A stretch of DNA of 63,674 nt, filler included. It is 12 parts of 12 records of this genome, joined end to end, with 100 filler letters (N's around TTAATTAATTAA, not from the genome) between each part and the next. Parts side by side here need not be neighbours in the genome. Positions count along the whole stretch, not along the records: positions 25,408 to 30,142 come from SRR7504441_2016; positions 30,243 to 40,794 come from SRR7504441_2019; 10 more parts are not named here. The stretch is one strand, 5' to 3'. A program made the translations under genes and the position numbers. Each line of letters starts with the position of its first letter. Positions within the stretch are counted from its first letter, which is position 1. A model generated the notes under the pieces. That model was not told the origin of the DNA. It did no database searches and worked only from the letters and a program-made list of their open reading frames with translations. Below, one piece after another: positions 25,647 through 38,269 of the stretch.

Positions 25647-26014
25647 ATCGTCGAGAGGATTCCTAGCTACACCCAGAGAGGTTCGTGTGTCAAGTGAGCG
25701 GCTCACACAATAACACCTACTCGTACCTCGGTATAATTTATGTACATGATTGTACCGTGCTCGTGCTCTGCTCGTGCTAGTACAATCATGTACCGGCTGA
25801 CAGTGCGTGATAAGTGCGTGATTGTACTGTACGAGTACATACTTGTACATGATTGCAAGTGTTTGGTAATAGGTTTAATCTTATAATCTATTCGGAGTGC
25901 GATTCGTATTCATGCTTGTGCTCAATCTCAGCGCACTTGGAACCAAGCTCGAGTATACGCCGCACATGCACCGAGGCCGTCAATGCAGTCCGGCTCAGCA
26001 GGTTGCGTCAGTTT

Positions 26015-28676
26015 CTACAGCTCGTCGTCTAGTCGATTCTTGTGGACGGGCTGCTCGCCCAGCTGGGCATTGAAGAACTTTCTGAGCCCTGGCACGTTGG
26101 GGGTTCCGTCGTACAGCACAGGCTTGGTCTTGGCCTGCTGCTTGAACAGGAAGACCATCGGGAACCCATCCACCTTGAGCCAGTCGGTTAGGGTTAGGGT
26201 TAGGGTTAGGTCCACCTTGAGCCAGTCGGGCGGCTCGTTCTCGCTGGCGTCCATCTTGAAGAATTTGACCCCGTTCGCCTTGTAAGCTGCCCCCTCCCCG
26301 TTGACGAAAGTGTCGTAGATCGGACTGAACCTGCCGCAGTGGTTGCACCTGGCCGCAGTCAGCACCAGCAGCCTGGCCTGCGTACCACGGCGCGTAGAAG
26401 TAGACCACGGCGTGCCCGCTGTGCTCCACCACCTTCTGGTCGAAGCTGCTCCCGACCAGCACACCCACCCCGTTCACCTCCGGCTCGGCCGGCTCGCTTT
26501 CGGACTTGCGCACCCGCTCGAGCTGTTTCCCATTCAGATAGTCGTCCGCCAGCTGCTGCAGCCCGGCCACAGACAACTCAAACTGGGCCGGCGCCTTGAA
26601 CATGCCGGGCCGCTGCTCATTCCGGCGGCCGTCCACCCGGATTGCGGGCAGGTTGTTGGGGTCGTTGGAGATCTTGAGCGAAGCGGCCACTTGAGGCATC
26701 TTGGGCGAGTTGATTGTTAGGAACACGATCCTGCCCTGGAACCTGGCCGCCGCCCCGGCCTGCTTGACCAGGGCCTGGTTGTGCTCCCAGTCGTGCCCGG
26801 GGAGCAACAGCATCACGATCGGGATCTGGTCGAACCGGGATAGCACCGGGCCAGCCTCCGGGCCAAAGTCGAGCACTGTGGGCACCCGCAGCCGCTGCAG
26901 CTCCGACCGGACCTTGTTGGCAGTGAACTGCCCGCCCTCGGCCACTAGCTCGGAGTGCCCATCCGGAAGCCGCACCCAGACGCCCAGCTGGGCCATCCCG
27001 GCGGGGGCGGCCTCGAGCACGGTGAGCCCGTAGCTGAAGAAGCCTCGCTCAGTCTTCATCACCGCAGCGGCCATTTTGCGCCCTTCGGCCCCGTCGGTCC
27101 GGGATAGCACGAAGAGCACCTTGGCGCCGGGCTTTTGGAGGAACTGGTCGCACATCTTGCTCGAGATGAGCTCGCTGGCCCCCTTGGCCAGATGCTTGTC
27201 CAGCCAGAGCCGCACGGCCGGTCCAGTCACCTCGCCCACCAGCGGCTCGGACACCGGCTCGCCCTTCTCGAAGAGCAGCACGGTGGGCACGGTGGGCGAG
27301 TGGTCCCGGTTCATCTCGCTGGGAGCGGTCACGTCATTCTTCCCGAACCCGATGTCATGCCCGGCTGCCCGGAGCTCGACGGCCATCGAGCGGAAAGCAG
27401 GCAGCAACTCTAGCGACTCGGAGGACCACGGCGCGAAGAAGAGCACGGCCACGTACTGGTGGTCGGCCTTGAGCTTGCCGAAGGCCTGGTCGTCCAGGTC
27501 GGTCACCTCGCTTTGGTCAGGCTCGGCCGCCTGCTCGCGCTGCTGCTGCTCCTGAGCCTGCAGCTTCCCATCCAGAAACTCCTGGGCGAACTGCTTGAGC
27601 CCGGCCGCCGTGATCGGCTGGTCGGTCCGGTCGCCCCGGCTGAACGCGAAGGTAGGCCTGTCCTTCTGATTGATGGCGTCGATTGCGATCTGCGGGAACG
27701 AGCTTGTCGACATGCCCATCGCAGAGACGATCTGGCGGTACTTGTGCCCGTCGCCCACCACCACCGAGAACTGCTCCGGGTAGGCGGCGGCCAGCTCGGC
27801 CAGCTGCTGCTTGAGCTGGCTGTTGTCGGCGGCCGGGTCCAGAAATGAGACCAGCACTGGCAGATTCCTCTCAAAGTACTTGCGCGAAGAGTCGTCGTCG
27901 ATGTCGCCCACCAGCGGGACGCTCTTGGCGATCATCCAGCTCTTGAGCCCGGCCGGGTCCAGCTGGCCCCCGAGCGCCAGGCTCTCGACTCGCTCCAGGA
28001 AGCTGCTCGACACCAGCAGCTGCTCGCCTTCTAGCCCTCTAGGGCTGCCCTCCATCCAGCACCCGGTCTGCGAGCAGCCAGCCGCCCCCCGGCAGCCGGC
28101 CCCGGTGGACTCGAACAGCGCGAATATGTTGAAGGCCACCCGATTCTTCCGGAGCTCGAGCGCGGCCGACTCGAGCGCCCGCCAGCCGGCCGACTGGTTG
28201 GACTGGAGCAGCCCGACGTAACGGACTTGCTCGGCCGGGCGGCGGGCGGTGAGGTCCTGGCAGTGGTCGACGGTCTGGATCAGGTTGCCGGCCAGCTTGA
28301 GGGTCATGTTGGTGGAGGTGTCCACCCAGTCGACCAGCTGGATCTCGTTCTTGTTGCCCTGGTACACCCCGAGCAGCTCCGCCCCCTTGAACAGCTTGAC
28401 CGTTGGGAAGCCCTGGATCTTGTGCCGAGTGGCCAGCTCGCCCTCCGCGGTGGCGTCCACCTTGCCCACCAGCACCTTGCCCGCCATCCGGGTGGCCGCC
28501 TTGTCCAGCACCGGGGCCAGCTCCTTGCAGTGCCCGCACCAGGGCGCGTAGAAGCTCACCAGGGTCACCGCGTTCGGGGCCTCGGTCAGCGCCTGGTCGA
28601 AGTTGGCTCGAGTCAGCTCCACCACTTCCTGCGCTCCACAGGCCGCCACCAGCAGCACAGCCAGCGCCGCCCGCAT
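26015..28676 (-). CDS. PDI: Protein disulfide-isomerase family protein (signal peptide, WCGHC and WCNHC thioredoxin domains, C-terminal DDEL)
   Basis: MRAALAVLLVAACGAQ signal; FYAPWCGHCK; inactive FFAPWSSES domain; FYAPW|CNHC split by intron 26349-26385; putative intron 26174-26215; ends RLDDEL*. Confidence 0.92.
26169..26229. repeat. Interstitial telomeric repeat (TTAGGG)3TTAGG flanked by perfect 19-bp direct repeats
   Basis: TCCACCTTGAGCCAGTCGG at 26169-26187 and 26211-26229; telomeric tract 26188-26210. Confidence 0.97.
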
Positions 28677-28696
28677 CTCGTGAGTGATGTAATCGG

Positions 28697-28710
28697 CCGT
28701 TGCCCAACGG
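28697..28710. promoter_or_regulatory. Palindromic CCGTTG-CC-CAACGG motif in the PDI/DOLK bidirectional promoter
   Basis: Lies in the 44 bp between divergent ATGs; CCGTT-N4-AACGG recurs at 33746-33759. Confidence 0.45.
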
Positions 28711-28720
28711 CAGCCCTCCC

Positions 28721-30142
28721 ATGTGGGCGGGTGAGGCGCTGGCGGCGCTCGCTGTGGGGCTGGGCGGGCCTGTGGCGCTGCTTCCGTTGAGCCACCCGGC
28801 CTGGCTGGTGGGCCTGCTCTCGCTGGCCGCCGAGGCCGCCCCGAGCCCGGCTGAGCAGTCCGGGGCCCGCCCGGGGCCCGCCTCGCCGCTGGTGGCCCAC
28901 TGGCTGCCGCTGCTGCTGGTCGGGCTGCTCTGCCTGGACCGGGAGCCACCGCCGGCCCTGGCCTGGGCCGGCTGGGTGCTCTGGCAGGCCAGTCTGGCCG
29001 GCGCGGTCCGGCTGCTCGCGCCCGGCCGCCCGGGGCGGCTGGTGCTCGGACTGGTCTGCGCGGGGGCGGTGGATGGGCTGGGGCCGGGGCCGGTGGTGGC
29101 CGGGCTGGGGCTCCGGATGGGGTTCGAGCTCGGGCACGGCTGGCTGCTCGCCGGGCTGCCTGGGGTGTTCTCTGGCGCCGAGGCCGCGATGGTGATGGCC
29201 GGCTGGATGGCAGCCGCCGGGGGGATGGTGGGGGGCTGCCTGGCCCCCCCAGCCGGGCCGGAGGGCGTGCTCGGGCGGGTGGCGGCCGGGCTGCTGCTGC
29301 TGTGCTCGGGCCTGGCCCCGGGGCTCGGGCTGGTCCTGAAAGCCACCGGGAGCGGGCCTGGGGGCACGGCGTGCTTCTACGGGCTGGCTGGGCTGGCCGG
29401 GCTGGCCGGGTACGCCCCGCTGCTCTGGTGGCTCACTGGGGAGCACCCGCTGCTCTGGCTCGCCGGCTACCTGCTCGAGGAGCCCGCCCGGGCTGGGGTG
29501 CTGCTCGGCTGGGCCGGGGCGCTCGCAGCCGGGTGCGGAGCAGCCAGCTGGCTGCGGCGGAGGGCCCCGCTCATAGTGGTGCGCAAGGTGTTCCACCTGC
29601 TGGCGGTGCTCATGTTCTGGCCGGTCAGCCTGGCCCGGCCCCAGCTGATGGCGCTCTCTTACGCGGTGGCGCTCTCGCTGCTGCTGCTGCTTGAGCCGGT
29701 TCGCTGCTTTGAGCTCTGGCCAGCAGGTCCGGCGGTCCGGCGGTTCATGGGCCAGTTCGTGGACCAGCGCGAGACCGGGCCGGCCCTGTCCACCCACTTG
29801 TACCTGCTGCTCGGCTGCGCGCTCCCGCACTGGCTGGTGCTGCTCGCGGGCCTCCCGATCGAGCTCGGGCTGGCTGGCCTGATCGTGCTCGGGCTGGGAG
29901 ACGCCGCCGCCTCGGCTGTGGGCAAGGCGGTCGGCCGGGTGCGCTGGCCGGGCTCCAACAAGACGGTGGAGGGCACGGCGGCGGCCGTTTTGTGCTGCGT
30001 GGTGTGCGGGCTGGCGTGCGGCGAGTGGAGCTGGCTGGGCCTGGCGGCGCTGTGCTGGCAAAGCGTGGCGGTCTGCCTGCTCGAGGCGTTCACCGAGCAG
30101 CTGGACAACCTGGTGCTCCCGGTCGGGTTCGCAGCTGGGTTG
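28721..30142 (+). CDS. DOLK: Dolichol kinase, 3'-truncated
   Basis: RKVFHLLAVLMF, FVDQRETG..STHLYLLLGCALP, GLGDAAASAVG, WPGSNKTVEGT; many transmembrane segments. Confidence 0.92.
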
Positions 30143-30299
30143 NNNNNNNNNNNNNNNNNNNNNNNNNNNNNNNNNNNNNNNNNNNNTTAATTAATTAANN
30201 NNNNNNNNNNNNNNNNNNNNNNNNNNNNNNNNNNNNNNNNNNTAGTTTGCATCACACTCGCCGTGACAGGAGGATCGGGCGACTGAGCTAGAACGGCGG

Positions 30300-31852
30300 G
30301 CTGAACTGGCGGCTGACCGGGCCTCGAGCCAATTGACCGAGGTGGAGGTGAGGCGACGGCTAGCGATCGGCCGCGAGAGCGGCTGCAGGCCGAGCTGAGC
30401 GAGAAAAGCGCCAGCTGCGACGAGCTGGAGCGGCGGTGTGCTGGGCTGCAGGAGCAGGTTGGGAAGGGTGCGTGCGCCCGGGAGAAGCTAGAGGAAGAGC
30501 TGAGCGAGACACAGAGCGAAGTGAGCAGTGGATGTTAGGGGCTGAGCTGGTGGTGGCAGATGGAGCTGGTGGCGGCCGAACTGGAGCAGGCTAAAGAGCA
30601 GCTGGAGGAAGTGCAGGCTGGTGCCGAGATTGACGCCCGGCGAGGCGCCAGGCAGGCGCAGACAGAGTCACATATGAGCAAGGTATGCAGTACTATTAAG
30701 TGTACTGTGGTGTAGTTACATAGCAGTGAGTGCGGTGTGCAGGAGGCTCTTCAGACCGCCCAGCGGGCGCTTCAGGAGTTGACGATGCAGCTGGCGGCAA
30801 CTAAGAAGCTAAATACGGACATGGAGCAAGACTACAATGCACGCGTGGTCGAGGTGGCTGCCCAGTGGGGTCCGGGCGGAGGCCGGGCAGATGACAGAGA
30901 AGATGGCAACTTTCGAGGAGACTATCGAGCAACTGGAGGCTAGTATTATCTATATGTAATAGTGCACGATAGTAGCTACATGTAATTATACAGTAGCTGC
31001 TGAGAGGATGGGCAGCTCGACCGGCAGGAGAAGACGATGGAAGGATCGCTGCAGCAGGAGCTACAAGTGGAGCAACAGGAGCTGCTCTCGATGGTCCAAC
31101 AGGCCACTCTGACACTGCACCGCCCGATTGCTCAACTTGTGCTCAGGTGAGCACAGACGCCGAAGCCTCCGAAAAGAGTTGGGCAAACAAGTGCGCACAG
31201 CTGCAGGCGATTCCCCGCCTCGGTTGCGCCTGATGACAACTGCGCAGGCCAAGGTCGATCTGCTAGAAGAGCAGCGGGACACCAACCAAGAGAACATCCC
31301 TGCAAAGTCACCCCAAAGCCATCGCTTGAAGCCTGAGCTGGTCGACAGGGATGATCAACCCAAAACGCCTCTCAGCGCCAGGACCGGGCTCACTCCGCTC
31401 AACGAGGCCAAAGAGCGTCGGAGTGCGCTCCGAGCAGGGCTCACCCCGAGGAGGATAGCCACACCCGATAAGTGCCCGGGTGGCTTAGTAGAGCGGCTGA
31501 GCGCAATCTCAGGAGGCCCGTGGATGCAGACAGTCCGTTGGGGGGGGCCATCACCCGGATGCAGGTCTGGCCGGTGCTGGGCATGTGCGAGCGGAGGGCA
31601 GGGCACCTTATCCAATCTGAGGCAGTGTGCCGCGCAGATGAAGGACAGGGCGTCCAATAGTAACGTGAGAGGTGCCCAGCTGGTGGCTGATCGCGCTCTG
31701 AATAGATGTTATTGGTAGATCGGGTCGAGCTGTCTGCCAAGGCGATGAACGCTTACAGGGATTTGGTACGGATTCGGGACACAAACAACCCGATCAGGAA
31801 ACCAAAGGCGTCGCCTAAGGAGGTCCTTGTGACTCCAGAGACACAATTTTAG
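30300..31852 (+). CDS. Hypothetical coiled-coil protein, multi-exon, 5'-truncated
   Basis: Short E/Q/L-rich exons separated by short introns; ends KEVLVTPETQF*; 5' boundary approximate. Confidence 0.5.
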
Positions 31853-32158
31853 CGCTAGCTAGCGCTCAAGTTGGTGCTTTGCTCTAACCCTTTGATCCTG
31901 CTATGCGTACTATGATCCTGGACTTCACACATCGTGGCTCGGTGGCTACGCAGGACGTCCACAGTTTGGACACGTACTAACACGTACATGTAAGCTTAGT
32001 ACCGTACACACATCGTTTGTACGTATACAATAACTCTTGAAACAGCTATTTGTGCTCTCTCACTATGAATCAGTTGTGATTAAAATTGTTGTCCACTTGT
32101 TCCGTATCTAGAGTGCTCAAGATACAGACGCTAGTTGATATATGATCTAGAGCAAGAT

Positions 32159-33717
32159 TCACAAGTCGTCATCCTCATCATCTGCGTACGCCGGCTTCCT
32201 AGTCCTCATACCTGTATCTGCCAGCACCCTAGACATACTCCGTTGCGCCATTGGCGACAGAGTACCGATGTCGCTCTCAGCCCCACTTGGCTGGACCCTC
32301 AAAAACTTGCCCCCTGAGACCCGCCACTGTGGCAACGGCCGGACCAGACCAGCTGGGCTAGCACTGTGCACGGCGTCGTAAAGCTGCCCGAGCTCACGCT
32401 CTGTGGTGTGCCAAGAACTATACTCGTAATCGTGCTGGGTCAGCCTCGGCCCTGCGTGCAGTCTCGGAGCTGGCGCATGTGCGGGGAGGGCTGGGCCGTC
32501 AAAGAATACTTCCTCGAGACCCGGCCAGCGACTGAGCAGCCCTACAGTCCGGAGTACTACTTGGAGAGGGTACCACACCAGAAGGGCCGGCAGCAGCAAC
32601 AGCCAGCGGGTGCTGCGCTTGAGCTGGGTCGGGAGGACGTACTCATTCAGCGCGAGCAAACAGACTAGCTGCATTGTGAGGTAGAAATCTGGGAGCGAAG
32701 TGAGGATCGAGCTGTAGCAGATCACCAGGAAGAGACTTTTGAGCATCGCCTGAGTGTCAGGGGATCGAGTCCAGTCTTCGACCTTGTACGCTCCGATCAG
32801 GAAGGCCATGACAACCACCATCATCGCTGCCCAGCCGAGCAGCGTGACTGCCTGCGGGAATGGGAGCCCTTGCCTCCATACTGCCCCCCAGTCAGCTGTG
32901 ATAGCGGCCGAGTCTCACTGTAAGGCAGGAGAGCAGCCACTAGCTGCTTCTTAAGCCAAAGCAAGCTAAACGCCCCGATTGCCCAACTGCCGGCCCGGTG
33001 AGTCGGCGGCCGGCGGGAGGCCGGCTACAATAGCTTTGTGAATGATTGCATCTGGCTCGGAGTCAGCTTGATGAGAATGATTATGAAGACAGCCAGCAGC
33101 GCCGTCACACCGAGCGCACCTCCGAATCCAAACCGAATCATTCTATTCCTGGTAATAAAGCCCGCGCTGAGGGCGAGAAGCAGCGACAACGGCAGCTGCA
33201 CCCGCCACAGCCAGAACTGCCGCCCGTTCCAGCCCACCAGCTCCACCGGAAGCCCAGTGAAATGTTGTTCGCACTCAGCGCTCATCTCACAGCCCTCAGG
33301 CCAGCTCCCGCCCGCAGGCACCACCACCACGCTCTGCCGGGCGCTGAACAGACTGCTCTCCCTCAGATCGGGCTCCTGCACCTCCGTCCAGTTGGCCGGC
33401 GACGCCAGGGCCTCGGGGTCGGTGGCCAGCCGGACGGAGCCACACTGGCCGTTGGTGCGTAGGAAGTGAACCTCGTAGAGGTGCGGGAGGAGCAGCGCCT
33501 GGCGCACGGCGGCAGCGATCGCCCCGGCCAGCAGCGGGTGGAAAGAGGCCTCCAGCGCGGCCCGGTGGTTGCTCTGCTCAAGGAACAGGCCCGGGGCCAC
33601 CAGCCGGGTGGCGCCCGAGGGCGAGACTGGGCTGCCGCAGCTCAGCCGTGCGTCGGGCGCCCCGTTCACTGGTCCCGCGCTGCAAAAGATGCCGAGGAGG
33701 AGCAGCCCGATCTTCAT
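32159..33717 (-). CDS. NEMP/TMEM194-like nuclear envelope membrane protein
   Basis: Signal-like MKIGLLLLGIFCSAG; TM block with FGFGGALGVTALLAVFIIIL; RLTQHDYEYSSWHTTERELGQL resembles the NEMP LTEEEY...T..AL..L motif; acidic tail. Confidence 0.55.
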
Positions 33718-33825
33718 CGCGTCGAAACGAACTGAATCTCTGGAGCCGTTTTCCAACGGACGAGCACCGGGCGCCGGACCTTTCCAGTTGGGTGCCTACT
33801 TGGCCGGTGTGGAATCGGGTGTGGA

Positions 33826-34647
33826 ATGTGGATGGAACTCGCCGGGACAAGCCTTGCGGGTGCCGGGCTGTGGGCCGGGTTGTGGTACGCTGCAGCCGGC
33901 TGGGCGGCCAGGCAGTCCGGGCGCTGGCCCGACAGCCCGCGGGCCTGGGAGAACTCGCCCCATTGGGCAGCCTGCTGCATCGTCTCGACGGCCAACGCAA
34001 TCCTCTCGGCCGCAGTCTGCCTGCCGGCGGCCCTGGCTCTGCTCGGGGCCCCGGGGCAGATCCAGTTCATCAGCACTACGTCCATGCCGCTGTGCATCGG
34101 CCAGCCGTCCGAACCTGGATGGCAGCTAGCGTACCAGGAGGGCTGGGGCGCAATCCTCTCGGCCGTGGCACTGGCCGGGCAGTCGTTCACTATTCGGACC
34201 GGAGTGGACCTGGTGCTCCAGGCCCGGCACCGGCTGCTGACCGCCGAAGAAGCCGTGCACCATCTCATCTTTATCGCGGCCGGTTGCATGATACGCGGCC
34301 ACTGCATGCTCCCGCTGAACGCGGCGCTGCTGATGGCTATGGAAGTCTCCACCCCGTGCCTCAATTGGTACGTCTACTTTAGAGCCCGCTACCCGTACAG
34401 CTGGCACGTCAACCGAGCCCGGCTGATGTTTGTAGTCAGCTTTCTTCTGTTCCGGGTGGGGCTCAATACTTACGGAGCGGTGCTGTTCCTGTTGCAGTTC
34501 CCTGAAGCGATGCCAGACTCGGTGCCGGGCTGGCAGAAGTGGACCATGCTGGGGGTGGTGATGGCCGGCGCTGCGCAGCAGTGGTTCTGGGGCATCCGGC
34601 TGTTCATGCGGTCGCGCCATGAAAAAGCCAAGGAGCGTGTCGATTGA
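33826..34647 (+). CDS. TLC (TRAM/LAG1/CLN8) domain membrane protein
   Basis: VHHLIF, MEVSTPCLN, FLLFRV motifs; multi-pass; intronless 273-aa ORF. Confidence 0.85.
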   Translation: MWMELAGTSLAGAGLWAGLWYAAAGWAARQSGRWPDSPRAWENSPHWAACCIVSTANAILSAAVCLPAALALLGAPGQIQFISTTSMPLCIGQPSEPGWQLAYQEGWGAILSAVALAGQSFTIRTGVDLVLQARHRLLTAEEAVHHLIFIAAGCMIRGHCMLPLNAALLMAMEVSTPCLNWYVYFRARYPYSWHVNRARLMFVVSFLLFRVGLNTYGAVLFLLQFPEAMPDSVPGWQKWTMLGVVMAGAAQQWFWGIRLFMRSRHEKAKERVD

Positions 34648-34900
34648 ATGGGATACTGTTACTCGTACGTAGTGTATTAAGCAGTTTACTCGTATTAAAC
34701 TAGTACATAACATTGTATGCTTGTTGATGTATCTAAATAATTAATAAAGATGAATGCCTGACTCCAGCATGCCGTTTAATTTTCAAGACAGAGAGCGCCG
34801 ATCAAGATTTCAGCAAATAATCAGTCAACTGACAAAGAGCTTTGCGACTGAATTTATCGTGATTTAAACTCGTGCGAGTACCTCGTAGAAGCTTAGAACG

Positions 34901-37900
34901 TTAGTTCTCCATCCGTGAGAGCACCCTTTGTTCCCTCTCTGCGTCCACAGGCTCGATGTGCTTCGGACTGGCCAGCAAACACTCAGCTACAGAGCACAGG
35001 TTGCAACCCATTCTACAAGTATTAGTTAAGGAATCATACATGAATGAATAATCACTGACCTGCGTCCTTTAGCCGGTCGCCGGGGGCTCCGGATTGGCTT
35101 CTCATCCGTCTCCGGGTGATCAAATTCACATTTGCCTGTCGACTCAAACGTTGAGCATTTCTGGCTGCGACGCCACTCTGCGCATGCTGAGCTGTCCGGG
35201 TTGCGAGGTGGAGTCTCCCTGCTGCCTGTCGGCTGCTCCTGGGAGGGTGTACTGGGACTACTGGCCTTCCTCTCCTGGCTTTTGTTCAGTCTGGCCAACA
35301 TAGCAGCCCCCTTGGCGTCGAAGGCCTCGAATCCTGGTGTCGGGGTTGGTTTGATCATTGTGTTTCTCCAGGCGGGGCCGTCCTTGCGCCTTTTGGCTAG
35401 CATTGCTGCGCGCTTGTGTGGTGACACCTTAGGGCTGGTCACTCCCTCCTCGCCGGGGCTTAAGTGCTCCATGCTGTCAGGACTGGCTGAGGCCTGCTGT
35501 GCCCGCGCTTCGCGATACTGCTCCACAGCAGGCTGAACAGGCACAGCAGGTGCGCCGATTGAATCTGGAACAGGCACAGCAGGTGCCACCGGCACTTCCT
35601 GCGCCTCCTGTTCCGGTTCAGCTGCTGCTGTCTCATTGGCCTTGCCCGAAGGCTGCGGCTTGTCTTTCCGAGGCTTTTCGCCGCCGGGTTTCGGACCCCT
35701 ATCAGATTTACTTCGCTCGTACTTGGCGAGATCGGAAGCCGAAAGATTTCCTCGTTTGAGCTTTTTATACAACATGGATGGGGACTGAGGCTGCACATAG
35801 ACCGTCAGTCTCCACAAGCAAAGCTAGGTGGCACCTCCGGCGGCTGGGCTGGGTTGGAGCTCTCGCCTTCCGGTTGCGGCTGGCTTTCTGGCTGAGCACC
35901 GGGCTGCTTCTCAGATTGAGCAGTGCTTGGCTCTGGGGCTGGAGACGGCTCTGTCAGCATATTAGCATGAGCGTGGCTGGGTGGACGCACTCGGCTCTTC
36001 GGGTTCCAAGGTGGGGGTCGAGGGCATCGGCGACCGCTGCTTTGTGGAAGTTGGGGAGAGAGGCGAGAATGCGCTAAGAATCTTGGCAATGACCGGCTGA
36101 TTGCTGCAGATTTGGCACTTCTGAAGCTGCTCTTGGAGCGTTGTCATCTACCGCCACCGCTGAGACCAGCCGAACTGTCTGTACAGGCACCTTCTTTGCA
36201 ACAGTCTGCGAGTGGCGCATTGCTTTCTTTACCATGTTAGACTCAGCCTGTTGCTCATCAGTCAGGTGCAAGGCCGAATGTGGCACCTTCATCGCACTGG
36301 CCTGGTCAGCCAGCTTCCTATGCGCCTCCTCCAACTCAGACTCTAACCTGTGCCAGCAGTCAGCAGATGCCAAATCAACCAATCACCGCTGAACACGCTC
36401 GTCTGACTTTGCATCCGAACCACTTGCGGCTATCGCGCCCTCCGCTGCCGCCAGCTTTCTGTGCGCTGCCTCCAGCTCTGATTCGAGCCTGACCTTACTA
36501 TTTAGCTGGTCAGCTGCGGGGCAAGTCGCACCGTTGGGCCTTCTGGTCGGAGAGCTGTTGAGCTTGAATGAGCTCCTCCCTCTGTGAAGAGAGCTCGTTC
36601 AGCAGCTCCTCTTTCTGCATGGCCATTTCCTGCCGGAGCCGTTGCACTTCGGCCTCGAGCAGTTTGGCTTGCTCGCTGCTCACTGCACCATGCCTCAGCA
36701 CAGCCACTAATTGGTCCGGGCTGCCTGCATCGAGCGAGACAGGCGCAGCAAGCTCAAAAACCCGCGACACGCCATCATCGCACGCTGTGACTAGCACCCC
36801 TCCGGGGTAGGCGTCGGTAGATCCCTGCACCGTTGCCCCGTTAGATTTGTTGGTTGAGGCAGAACCCACCGCCACTGCCAGAGATGGCACTTCGCCACAG
36901 TGGCCGTCAAAGCTGGCATTGCACTCCCAGGTGTTAATGTCCCAAGCCTGGCCGCCAATCGGGCACTGGGTCGCGGATCGAGTTCACCTTGACTGTGCTG
37001 TCTGCTGAGCACGAATAAAGCGCTTCCCGATGCCACAGCAGCCCTGTCACCTATCGAGCCCCCGGTAACCCGATCCGCAGCACGCCCGGCAGCCACCTCT
37101 TTCTTATGCACTTGTTTTGCCACCTCCGGATTCCCCAGCTCAGCATCTTGCACGAACGCCTTCCAAATCCGTACCATCCCGTCCCCCCAGCCTGACAAAC
37201 CGTCAGCTCCCGCCTCGTGCCAGGCTCACACCCGTAACTAGTTCGCCGCTGTCCACCAAAAGACAGCTGGACCAGCAGGGCGTCCCCAAACAGCGAAAGC
37301 ACCGGAGTATCCGCCAACCGGCCCCTGGACTCACCATCACCCTTTCGTCCTTCTCCCTGCCAGCTCAGATGAATCGTGTGCACGCAGTGTTGGCTCGTCG
37401 CACCATAGCTTTGCAGAGCCGTCCTCAGAGGTGGTCACAAGCCACTCCTCGGCCCTGCAAACGGCCTTAGCTGGGGCCGCCGGCTGGCTCGCCCACCGGT
37501 CTGTATGCTGGATGCTCCAGACCTGCTCATGGCTCAGCTGCAGCAGTGTGCAGCGGGCGCACCTCCGCATCATGCGCTGTGAACGCCAGATCCGGATCGA
37601 CTACAGTGTGCTGGTCAGTGAGAGACCACACGCACACTTCCCCCGTCACCAAGCCACCTGGCGCGCTGCGGTCAGGTCGACCGCTCCCACAGCGGCGGTA
37701 CCGAACAGCGCGCTCCCTCCCGCGCACAGGCAGAGCAGCCAATCATGGGCATCGAACCGCCTGAGCTCGCTGGCAGCGGCCACGTCCCACATCCGCGCAG
37801 TACAGTCGCCACCGCTTGAGAAGATGTGGTCGGATTGGTCGCTCCGGCACACAGCGCCGACCCAGGCTTTGTGACCCTCGAACGTGGCGGTGCATTCACC

Positions 37901-38129
37901 TGGAGTGCAACGTGAGCTTGACGCCGAGGGTGGCGGTGCAGTACCGGTCTGGAGGCTGAACGCCTTGACCTCGCCATCCTCCGAGGCGGTGAACACAACG
38001 TCCCCAGCCTCCGAGAGGCACACCCCGCGAACCTGCACGCGCCCGGCTCGTGGGCCTGCCCCGGCTGGCTGGGCTGGTCACCCCCTCGGTGTGGCCGGAG
38101 AGCTCGCGCACCGACTTGTTCTTCTTCAT
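34901..38129 (-). CDS. WD40-repeat protein with coiled-coil, disordered region and C-terminal Cys/His motif; multi-exon
   Basis: GHTEG/GHKAW, TASEDGEVK, SGGDCTARMWD, TTSEDGSAKLW, TACDDGVSRVF repeats; then LESELEEAHRKL coiled coil and CAEW...CSTFESTGKCEFDH; could be two genes. Confidence 0.7.
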
Positions 38130-38269
38130 GCCGGTCGGCCCCACGGCCCCAGCCTGTGCCTTCCCCGCTCGCTTTCCCGCCTCGGCAACGGATACTCAGC
38201 AACGGATCTTGCATTTGGTGATTCCAACTCGTTCAATTTCGCCATCGAGGCTTGCAGGGCCGTGCGTGG

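Noticed and set aside
26188-26210. True chromosome end
   Set aside because: Internal, only 23 bp, flanked on both sides by continuous PDI coding sequence.
38126-38245. ATG at 38245 (minus) as the WD40 gene start
   Set aside because: That frame stops at 38126 with no convincing intron; ATG 38129 leads directly into the first WD repeat.
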